Below, piece after piece: positions 37,944-48,294 of a stretch of 64,000 bases of DNA; the stretch's first letter is position 1; every line of letters starts with the position of its first letter. A model generated the notes under the pieces. That model saw only the letters and a program-made list of their open reading frames with translations. It did no database searches and was not told the origin of the DNA. Source of the DNA: Azolla caroliniana (taxonomy: Eukaryota > Plantae > Polypodiophyta); contig JBHGNT010000007.1 of the NCBI GenBank assembly GCA_043228905.1, positions 19,406,001-19,470,000 of the forward strand. The letters run 5' to 3'. A program made the position numbers and the translations under genes.

Positions 37944-39695
37944 TGTTAATGGGTGGGGGGTGAAGCCAAGAGAGGCTCCACCCCCCTCCCAAGGGGATTA
38001 CGTGTGAGGGAGAGAGAGAGAAAACAAATAAGAACGACACCAAAATGAGAGGGGAAAAAGTTATGTTACATTATGCCCCATGGGTGGGGTTTATATAGTA
38101 CAAGAAGTAACCGTTAGAAATAAATAATGAGACAAGTAGGGAGTTATAGTACTTACCCACTTTCTCACCTTTGTACACATGCACACAAATGTGGATGTGT
38201 TCATACACATACTCATTCTCATACACTCATTCATATTACACATACACATCAACCACATTATCGTGTTCCACCCCTTATGCCTCCCCGTATATATTCTTAC
38301 GGGTAACAAATGGCACGCCTGTGGGACAATGCACTACACGGTGAACCCACTCGCCATGGCAACTCTTCTCGATCGGAACTCCATCGGTCGTCTGAACGGT
38401 CGGAAAATCCCTCGACTGGATCACTGCTCTACGATCGATAACTTCGATCAGAGTTTTGCTTGACTCGAACCTTCTCATTCGGTCAACACAAGTCGCGATT
38501 CGATCATACACCAATCGGCTAGTTCACTATGGCATGGGTCGTGAAATCATGTTGTGTGTTTGTGTGTTCTTTCTTTCATCACGTAAGTTGTGTTTTTGAA
38601 ATTCCATGATTTGTACCCCTTGGTTTTAGAAATTTTCACGTTTATCCTCAAATTTTTGAAATGTTAATCTTCTACCCTCCGGTTTTTGAAATTAGATTGT
38701 GTACCCTCAAGTTATTGAAAAATTTTCTGTATGCCCTCTCTCTTTACCTTTCCTCGTTTTTTTCTCTACTTTCTTTCTTCTCAATTTGTCTCTTCTTCCT
38801 CTTTTTCTTCTTTTTCGATTTTCGACTAGCTCCGTTATCTTTCTTCTCTCTTTCATGATCTTCCTTTTTGTGAAAGGCCCATGTTCCCTCTGCGGGTTCA
38901 GTTGATTACATGAACACAACAGACATGACTTCCTGGATCGCCTAGGAACTCCTCCGCTTATCAGAGGCCCACTCACCTATGTAGTGCTTCGTCTTCTTCA
39001 GGGCTCCATGGTCCTTTGATCCGATCAACTACCAACTTTTGATGATTACGATGATGATGATGGATATGGCTATGGCTATTGCTATGATCGTGATGGATAT
39101 GGCTATGGTGGTGATTATGATTATGGGAAGATCGATCTAGCTCGAAAGGCAAAGGTGAAGGAGATGGTTGGATTGTCGCATCAGAGATCAACATTAGTAG
39201 CAATCTCTCTACTTTCTACTTCTGTTATACTTCTTCTCTCCTCCTATTCTGATGGTTATATTTATTCCTCTATGCTTCTTCTACCACTACCTTTGTCTCC
39301 TTTTTCTATTGCTACCATTGTCTCCTTCTTCTCTTCCTTCCTCTATCCTCATGACGCTACTATTCTTATCCTTTCTTGATCCTTCTTATTGAGGATCCTC
39401 CCTTCTTCTGCTCCATGTCTTCGCTTGCTCTTCGTTCCGGCGTCTCCTTTCGGCCGACTGTCAGTCGTAAGCTATCACTATCTGCCAACTGCCTGATGCC
39501 GGCCATATCCATCCACTGGTTGCCGGTCCGTCGACTGTCAGACGGTCGTCTCTCAGTCCAGTCGGCTCTCTGTCGGCTGTTCGGGATGCTAGCCATCTTG
39601 CTGGTTCTACTGCCCTAGGTCGTCCACCGTATGTCCGCTAGCCAGCTCTGTCATCGTCCACCAGTTCGGATGTCGGCCACTCGCCATGTTCGATG
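37944..39695 (+). mobile_element. Non-autonomous LTR element (5' LTR 37944-38308, tRNA-Arg PBS), no 3' LTR seen
   Basis: TGTTAA...GGGTAACA followed by TGGCACGCCTGTGGG. Non-coding interior; same family as 18510-19845. Confidence 0.7.
38860..39203 (-). pseudogene. Degenerate R2R3-MYB fragment (MYB44/73/77-like R2 repeat) with a His-rich leader
   Basis: DRIKGPWSPEEDEALHR, then in another frame LISGGVPRRSRKSCLLCSCNQLNPQREHGPFT, matching the consensus LIS..IPGRSGKSCRLRWCNQLSP.VEHRPFT. Confidence 0.85.
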
Positions 39696-39969
39696 CATAG
39701 AACTATTGGCACTCCTAAGAGTATATAAATACATTACAAAAGTCAAGAATATGCCGAATCATCGATTACCACATCTTTCTTAGAATGTTGGATGTAAGCT
39801 ACAAAAGAATCATAAAAGTAAGATTCTCTCGACCCATAGAACTATTGGCACTCCAAAGAGTATATAAATACATTACAAAAGTCAAGAATATGCCAAGTCA
39901 TCGATTACCACATCTTTCTTAGAATGTTGGATGTAAGCTACAAAAGAATCATAAAAGTAAGATTCTCTC
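39696..39969 (+). repeat. Tandem duplication with 139-bp period where the LINE resumes
   Basis: catagaactattggcactcc...agattctctc at 39696 and 39835. Confidence 0.9.
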
Positions 39970-40618
39970 ATCCAGTTGGGTTGTTGACATATGGAAATGG
40001 TTTAGAAGATGGGGCATGGATGATCTTTTAGAGCTTTCAGGCAATGCTATGCATTATGTAATGAGTGAGGAAAGGTTGGTGGAATCATTAAGGATGAAGT
40101 GGGAAGATGCTAAGAGGACAAAGCTACAATACTACATTGCAAATGTCAACCTTGAATGTTAGTCTCAATATAAAGCAATAATACTTATTGATCGTATCCA
40201 ACCTTATCTCATTACCAATATGAGTAGTAATGCTCGTAGAACCCTTACACTACTTCGTACTCGATCTCACAAGTTAGGTATTGAAGTTGCATCATGGTTC
40301 AAAATGTAACGAATTTGAAGACATGCAAAGTATGCAATGAAGGCATGGTAGAGGATTAATGTCACTTGCTCTTCACATGCTCGAAATATAGTGCAATTCG
40401 TTCAAGATATGCTAACATACTAAGAGTGATAACTTAAGTGCCATACTTAAGACACAGGTTGAGCTCATATGTGTATGCTTTATTCACACATACAGACTTT
40501 GTGCTTCAATGTATGAATACCCCTTCTTAGGAAGGAGACACATATCAAGAACACATGTATACTCTGGTCCCAGAGGTCAAAATTGGCCTCTTTATGGGCG
40601 ATAAAAATTCTAATTGTA

Positions 40619-40686
<68 letters not shown>

Positions 40687-40726
40687 CTCTTTTGCTGCAT
40701 AGAATCACACTCGATTCTTTACAAGT

Positions 40727-41170
40727 TCAACGTAACATAGTGCTTGGATTTCCTTTCTTCCATACACAAATATTGTGTTATTGCCACTATATTCATGTTT
40801 TATGCTTTCTTTCTCATTCCGTATTAAAGAATGATATGCCAAAATTTGTTCCTTTTGGCATTAAATTGTAATATGTTGTTCTCATCAGTCTCCATGCTAT
40901 TTGTTGTCAGTGTACTTGAAAAAATCAACTTAAAATGAAGGAAATAACCTAGAACTAGTCAAGAAGAGAGTGACGAGTCTTAAAAAAACCTTGATGAGAA
41001 GAGATGAGATCAAGCATGAGGAGATGCCCATAGCCAAGAATTCCAGAAGGCAACACTTTTAAAACAAATAACATATACACCTTGTGGTTTGAATACCCTC
41101 TTTCCCTTAGAGCTTACATATACGTTGTTATCTCGAGTAATAGAGTAGAACAATGCATGTGTTTTCAATT
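40727..41170 (+). repeat. 3' flank of the RLP tandem unit, copy 3 (no gene attached)
   Basis: Colinear with 31256-31707. Confidence 0.85.
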
Positions 41171-41174
41171 TTAG

Positions 41175-41500
41175 CTCTAAGTCGAAGGGAGCCCAAACTC
41201 GAGCTCAAAGTCGACGAGAGCCAAGAGTTGAATGGAGCCCAAATTTGAAGGGAGACTAGAGTCGAAGGGAGACCAGAATCAAAGGGAGCTTAGAGTTGAA
41301 TTCAATAGGAACCTAGACTCGAAGGGAAAGCACACACGAAAGGAGCTTAGGGTCGAAGGGAGCCTAGACTCGAAGGAACGAACACTCAAAAGGAGCTCAG
41401 AGTCGAAGGGAGGCCAGAGTTGAAGGGAGTTCATACTCAAAGGGAGCTCAGATTTAAAAGGACCCCAAAGTCAAAGGGAGGCTAGAGTCGAAGGGATAGC
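41175..41500 (+). repeat. Degenerate ~19 bp tandem array (agagtcgaagggagc)
   Basis: Recurrent motif; related to 1620-1935. Confidence 0.75.
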
Positions 41501-42681
41501 ATTGCCCTGTACTTTCCTCCCTCCCTCCCTCTCTCTCTCTCTCTTGGAGTAAGCAGTTATTAGTACATGAGGTTATAGAAACAACAAGCCATTACGAAAG
41601 AGGAGCCTAATCTTAGATCAGGAGCATTCAATTTAACAAACCAAGAATCAAGAAATGATATTACAAAACGAGGAGCTTGATTGATAGGCCAAATCATTCA
41701 ATTAATCAAGGAAACCCCGTTATATATAGGGTGAACATCGGTAGAGGCAACTATTACAATGGTTGTGGAAATGCCAAGCACTAATCAAAAAGAAGGAAAG
41801 AGAGGAGAAGAGGGATTAAGCTAGCAAGGCTATTACAACAGTGGTGAAAACGTCAACCACTAATCAAGAAACAAAGAAAGAAGGAAAGAGAGGAGATTCT
41901 GAAGAGGGAGTAAGCTTCCGATGAAGACGAGATGAGTGGCCTGCCAAGACCATTGCTACCACCGATGGTTTTGATGCCACGAGTCAGGGTAGTGTTCTCA
42001 AGCCACTTTGTTATCTCTTTGTGAGACTGGCATATGAGTTTGATGATCCACTCTCCAAAGCTCCTCCAAGTGTTGAACATAGAAGACGTTGAAGGCAAAG
42101 AAGACGAAGAATGCAAAAGAGCTCTCAGTTCAATTCCTCTATGCAGACCATTGTCCCCTTTTCTTTATTCTCATTTCCTACCTTTGGCCACACCACATCA
42201 CGACATCCACCCCCACCAAACCACACATCCTCCAACATGTGCTATAAAAATAGAACGATTGTTGGGGACCAAGATATTCAATCTTTGGTATCAGAATCCT
42301 TGCCATCCTCGAGATCATCTGCTTGCATGTCATCTTCTTCATCTCTGAGGTCGTTGAGGTTAACCTCATCGTCATGTCGTTTTTTGAAGATCTTGATTCT
42401 TTTCCGCGCTATCGTTGTCGAGCTTTGCGAGATGGTACGTGTCATTGGCATTGTGCTTGTTACCACATAGAGGCCAAACCACTACCTCCCAAAATTCCTC
42501 ATTGAACTACGTTGATTATTGAGGTTGTTGTCATACACGATCACCTAGTCACCCTCTTCGATCTTCCTGGGGCATAATCAATGTGTCTTATTGAGTCGTG
42601 TTTGGCCACCTTTAGCATTTACTTTGCCAAATCCAAGTCCTCCAGCCTTTGTTCGAGTTGTCTTATCCTTGTTGCTTGAAG

Positions 42682-44298
42682 TGTTGGGAAACAGGTCCCT
42701 CTAGATGGGAAGAGCACCAGCCAGATCGAACTGGTCCGGAGGAGAGAACCGGATGAAGACCAACAAGGGACAAATCAGATGGATCCGGAAGGTATCTAGC
42801 CAGATCCAAAGATGAATCCGGAGAAGGATATACCTGTAAATATGTTCTATTATGCCTAGTGGGGCTACATTTGTAAATAGCCCTAAAGCTATATTAGTAT
42901 AAGTATAACTAGGGCAAATTTTAGTGTATACATATAGTTATAATTGTAAGTGAGTGAGAGTAGTTTTTCTATAGTAATCGTCGTCTGACGAGGAAGAGCT
43001 CAAGGTTAGTGCTTGTTGTATTCCTCTCGTATCATAGTGACTTACTTTGGACTTTATGGGCTCCAACAGTTTTCCCCACTTAGGGTTTCCATGTTAACAT
43101 CCTGCGCCGTTTTGTCTCTGAGTGAGTGTGTGCAATATTATGATTTTCTATCTTATGCTTGAATCTCGGTTGTGGCCGAGACACATTTACATCAAACTAG
43201 TATTAGAGCAAAGGTTCATTACCTTCAAGTGAAAGAAAATGGAAGACTCATTTGGCGGAATGTTCAAGCTAACCGGCTCCAACTACTTAGTGTGGAAGTC
43301 GAAGATGAGATACATGTTGGTATGCAGAGATCTCTAGTTGTGAGTGCAATTCGGAAATAAAAGGTCTGACAAGATTGATGCATCGAGTTGGGAAGTTTTG
43401 TATCTGAAGGCAGTGACATACATAAGGTGTTTTATAGACATAAGTCTATACAACAATTTTAACGAGGAGATAGACGTGGATGTCCTCTAGAAGAAGATCG
43501 ATGCAATGTTTGAGAACAAGAACGTCGTAAACAAGGTCTTAGTCTTTAGGAAGATTGTTAGTCTCTGGTATCAAGATGACTCCAACGTGGCAGAGCATTT
43601 GAACACCTTCCAAGGACTGATCAACCAAACCACCTAGCGTTGTTGTTGCTGGGATCCCTTCCGAACAACTAGGAGATGCTCATTGTCATATTGGGCAACG
43701 CCAAACTAGAAGGGAAACACTTGTCCATAAGCAGCCCAAAGGCCTTGGTCACAGAAATTGACATGAATAAGGGAAGAGGCCAGCAAAGAAGTCCACAAAA
43801 CAGGGACCGGTTTAGACCGATGTCAAAATTGAAGGGAAGACCCATGTGCTTCTATTGTGGGAAGTCGGCGCACTTCTAGAAGAACTATCGGCACTACGAG
43901 AAAGGCAAAGGGGGAGCTAATGGTGTCAAGCCGAAGAGAATTCCGGACAACAAGAACACCTCAACAATTGCTGCGAGCAAGGAAGAGTTGTTGTTCATTA
44001 TTGAATAGAACGAAGTTAATCATGCTAGCGAAGAATCGTCATGGATGGTCGATTTCAGTGCATCGTTTCACCTAACCCCCAACAGAGGATGCTTCTCATC
44101 ATACACGACCAGTGATCACGGATATGTGAAGATGGGAAATGATAGTGCATGCAAAATAGTCGGAATTGGAGAAGTGCATTTGCTGACATCAACAGGTTGC
44201 AGAATGGTGATGAAGGATGTGCGCAATGTTCCAAACATCATATTGAATTTGATATCTCAACCAGACGGCTCGATGAGGAAGGTTACAATGGTACCTTC
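42682..44298 (+). mobile_element. Older truncated Ty1/copia of the same family as 48295 and 54024 (LTR, gag, protease)
   Basis: LTR TGTTGGGAAACAGGTCCC...ATCA (42682-43194), decayed PBS, MEDSFGGMFKLTGSNY, CFYCGKSAHF, ASFHLTP. Confidence 0.85.
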
Positions 44299-45204
44299 TA
44301 TAGGAAGGTCGTCCGGATATCTTTCCCAAATCGGTTACCGGTCATGTATCCAGTCCGAATCGGTTCCTGGATGCAGGACAATGAATGCACGGGTTCAGAT
44401 ACGTGTGTTGTTCTGGACCAGTCATTGGATAACAAGCAACAAGCACATGGGCTCAGGACTCGGGTAAACACGAGCAACTGACGGAGACAGAACGGAGATG
44501 CGTACTCAAAACAAAGCGAACAATCAGATACAATGAACACAAAATAGATTAAACAAGGGAGGAATACAACCGGACTCGGTCAGTATCAGAGTTATGTGTT
44601 CTCGAAACACGCACATGCACAGAAACATAGAATGATGAACCTTTGGTCGGGAGCTCACGGGCATCCTGCATGAGCAGAGGCTTCACCTTCTTCCTCAAAT
44701 CATTACAGAGCACGAGACAGAGAGAGGGAGAGAGCTCATCACTCAAACCGACTGCACTTCATCCTCCCAAATTGTGGATTTCTAAAACAGTCTCAAACCT
44801 ACCCTTTTATAGAACAAGGGGAGGCCCTTACATCACCAATAAAGATAACCACTTTCTGTCTTCCCCGATTCTCTCCTCCCCTCAATCACCTTTATTGCTC
44901 TACTTGTGTGACCATAAAATTACCTGTCAATCACACCTACCTAGTATTTATCAATACTTAACTAATACTATACTATTTACACACATTTGTGCGCACCCTC
45001 GTTCACGCGTATCCGGCTCCATTCTCTTCCTATGGCCGGAATTCTTCACGACAGCGTGAACCGTTACCCTTCATAAATATATTTGGTTGTTACGTCCTCT
45101 TAACTACGCTTCAGCCCCACCCTTCTTCTTCGTTTGCCGTAATCATCCCCTTTATTTTTTCTCCTCTTCAGCCTTTCTCACTTGACCGTCCGAGGCGGCC
45201 AACA
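44299..45204 (-). mobile_element. Probable isolated LTR in reverse orientation
   Basis: Abruptly interrupts the copia coding sequence, ends ...CCAACA on plus, LTR-like composition. No TSD found. Confidence 0.4.
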
Positions 45205-45852
45205 AGGTTATTTGTTGTGAGGATGGGTTTTAAGCCCTCTCTCATTCCATTCCAACAATGGACTGCCAAAGCCATTATTTGTAGCTCCATAAGAAATTAT
45301 TCATAATTAGTTTGATGAATCGAGATAAAAAGTTTCAATTTTGTTTCAATAAAATTACTTGGTATCAAATATCTTCACCTCCCCCTCAAATATTTTTCAA
45401 ACACAAACTCATGTTCCAAATTCAAGCTCATCCATCATAGTTCCCGGCTAGCAATGAGAAAGATTTTGGACTTAGTATTGTATGTGGTTTATGGATTTGA
45501 CTTTTTGGTCGTAATGTCACTAGGCACGATATAATGATTCTAAAGATGATCCGATTTTATTGTAATTAGCATGCCATGTGACATGTAGAAATGTTCAAAC
45601 ATTCCAAGTATTGCACTTCAACATCTCCAATTTCTTGTCCCCTTAGATATTCCCTCGATGAAAGGGAGTAGGGAGAAATGATACACTGGAATCTGTGCAT
45701 GAAATAATGAGGAGAAATGGAGTTAGATTGAGGATCGATCACATGTCATTCAAGATTCCCCTTGGTAAGTTCTATGTTTGAGCTCGAGTTGGAAAGAGAG
45801 CAATGGGTATGGGAGACATCCTCTTGGGGAGCTCAATGTTTGCGTTTGCGTT

Positions 45853-45898
<46 letters not shown>

Positions 45899-46950
45899 CA
45901 TTCTTACAAGTGGCTATTAATATTTGATTAAGGATGATGGTAGATTTTGAAACATAATTGACATTTTAAATTGCCACTTGCAACAAAGGTCTTCAATAGG
46001 AAAGTATTGATTGGGGTTTGCCTTGGAGATTAGCTTTAAAATTACACTCAACTCTCCGTACATCTCGTACGGTGACAATTCTAAAACACATTCTTTTGGT
46101 ATAGTTGTCATGTGGTGAGATTTTTATAATCTCTTAAGACAAGGTATTGAAGTAATAGAAAGTGAAGAAGCACACAAAAGGACAAAAGGCATGAAAGGCA
46201 TGTTGATGATATCATTCAAGTGCCAAATCAATAGGTTTAGGCTCGCCGCTCTCCTGAAGGCAACACCTTCGATTCCTAACCGGAATCGGACCAAAGGACT
46301 GTGGTACGTGGTGGTCAGATCACTTTTACGAAACGGAATGACACCCTACAAATTATGTAAGAGGAACCCTCGGCTATGCATACACGATAAGGAGAGATAG
46401 GTTACTTAACAATTATTAAAAGCAAACAATGACAAAATCATAGTCCCAACACTGTTTAAATTACGAAGTGAGTAGTGATTACAGTTAGACAACTATCTGC
46501 CGGAATGTATCAGATACACTATAGTAGGACTAGTTACGTAGTAACCTCCGACTTCTCTCCTATACCTTCTCCTATCCCTTTTTCCTTCGATCTGTTGCTC
46601 CTTATATAGATGTTCCTTGGTGCGCTCCTTCTCCTTCCACGTTTACGGCTGTGTCTATTTTGGCAGCTTCTGATTGATTTCGATTATTTACCTACTGCTA
46701 CCTAATACCTATTATGTTTCACATATGTTACTATTTTGGCCCACTGACAATACCTTGCACACCCGTGGGACAATGCCTTGGCACGTCAAACCCAACAAAT
46801 CGAAATTTCCCATTCGTAAAAAACTTTGTTGAAATTAATTCAGTATATATTACAGTTAATCCTTGGTCAAAATGTGGAGGACTCCCTCCGTCTGGTTTGG
46901 TTCGGTTGTTTCGTGTTTTGGAATGGTCGCAGGGTCGGGTCGTGGTGCGT

Positions 46951-48200
46951 TGATGTTTTTGGCCGAATTGTCTGTTGCAAGCTCCTTTTTGTCATTGCTT
47001 GGGGATCTCAGGGAGGTTGGGGTGTGGCTGTCCGGCTTTATCGGTCGGTCGTTGATTGCGGGGCGTTATCGTTCAAGGCTTGCTCCGTTTCGATCGTCAG
47101 CGGCATTTGGTCGTCGTTGAACTCCTCAAGGAGGGTGTCGATGGCTTTGGTGTGGGCATCGGCTAGGGCATGAAAATCCTCGATGAGGTCTTCTCGGATC
47201 ATTTGTATGTTGTTGTCGTCCATCTTGTAGAAGCCTTTTCCTTCTTTCCTTCGGTGTTCAGCCTCCGCCCATAGGACTTGCAATTCGGCTACTTGAGACG
47301 ACCATTGCTTCCAACCTGCAGCTAGTGTTTCATCGACCTTTTTGTTTAATATTTGCCACTGCTTCATGACTAACGCATTGATGCGTTCCTCCCATGTGTC
47401 GTACATTGTTTGAACAGCCAGCGTCTCGTGCTTGGCTTTTTCTATGTCGAGCCGTAATTTCGTCGTAAGAAGTTCGTAGGATGTATTGACTGACTTGACC
47501 CTTGCTGCTACTTCCTCCGTTACTTTGTTGATTCGTTGACTAAACTGTGTGCGGGCCTCCTCCAATTCTTTTATGTGCTTCTCTTGCATCTATTCTCGTT
47601 CGTGGATACTATCCATTTGGTGTTTGTGGAGCTCGTCAAATAACCGGATGCGCTAGTTTTCGGCGTCTTCGTATTTTTGCAAAGATTGACTCGTGCATAC
47701 CTGCATTTCCCTGAGTTCTTTGTTCAGTGAGGCGATTTGTGCGGTTGCAATGTCCTATATGGACGTAATAGAGTTGGTCGTTTTTACTTCTGTCTCCTTG
47801 AACTTAGCCGTCTGTTCTTGTAGCGCCTTCGTCAGTTCGGATTCCTTGTGCATGGCTTGCTCCTTGCTTTTGATGGCCTCCGCTTGTGCGTGCTCGTAGC
47901 GTTCTTTCACTTTTTCTACAATGACTTTGTGCACAACGATCTCTTATTCGTACTGGCGAATAGTTTCGCCAATATCTTCGTTGCTTCGCATGGAAGTTGT
48001 CACTAGAGCGGTAGGGCAAAGTGGTCTGGTATGATCGGCCATGTCGGTTCGTTCGCATGCATCGGGATGGTTCATTTGTGTCGTTGTGCTGGTCTGTTCG
48101 GGCCGATGTGGTAAGTCTGCATTGGTTGATTGGTCATTGGAGATAGAAGGGGGAGGCGGTAGAAGGAGCGGTGGTGGCTGATCCTGTGTTCGAAGCTGCT
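46951..48200 (-). pseudogene. Coiled coil and C-terminal domain of the extra ORF of element C
   Basis: WKQWSSQVAELQVLWAEAEHRRKEG...IREDLIEDFHALAD aligns to WTKWATNAAELQLLRADVENRRKEG...IRDELAEDFQALAE. Confidence 0.85.
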
Positions 48201-48294
48201 GCTCTCATTCGGATGTTCCTTAGCACGCTCCTTCTCCTTCCATGTTTACGGTTGTGTTTATTTTGGCTGCTTCTGATTGCTTTTGGTTGTTTAC

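Larger units (their letters stand above)
36030..40600 (+). mobile_element. Degenerate LINE (APE endonuclease, RT, C-terminal Cys/His region), interrupted at 37943-39695
   Basis: MGDFNARV, VDY, QAGFRPKHS, FVDFKKAFDTV; C-terminal LRTRSHKLGIE...CKVC...HLLFTC. Bounded by (CT)n tracts. Confidence 0.8.

Noticed and set aside
38973-39203. Functional MYB exon 1 ending at a GT donor (AG/GTGAGT)
   Set aside because: The following sequence is degenerate, frameshifted MYB coding rather than intron, conserved Trp/Arg residues are lost and no R3 repeat follows.
42285-42296. TGGTATCAGA PBS-like motif
   Set aside because: No clear LTR end before it or gag after it; cannot support an element.
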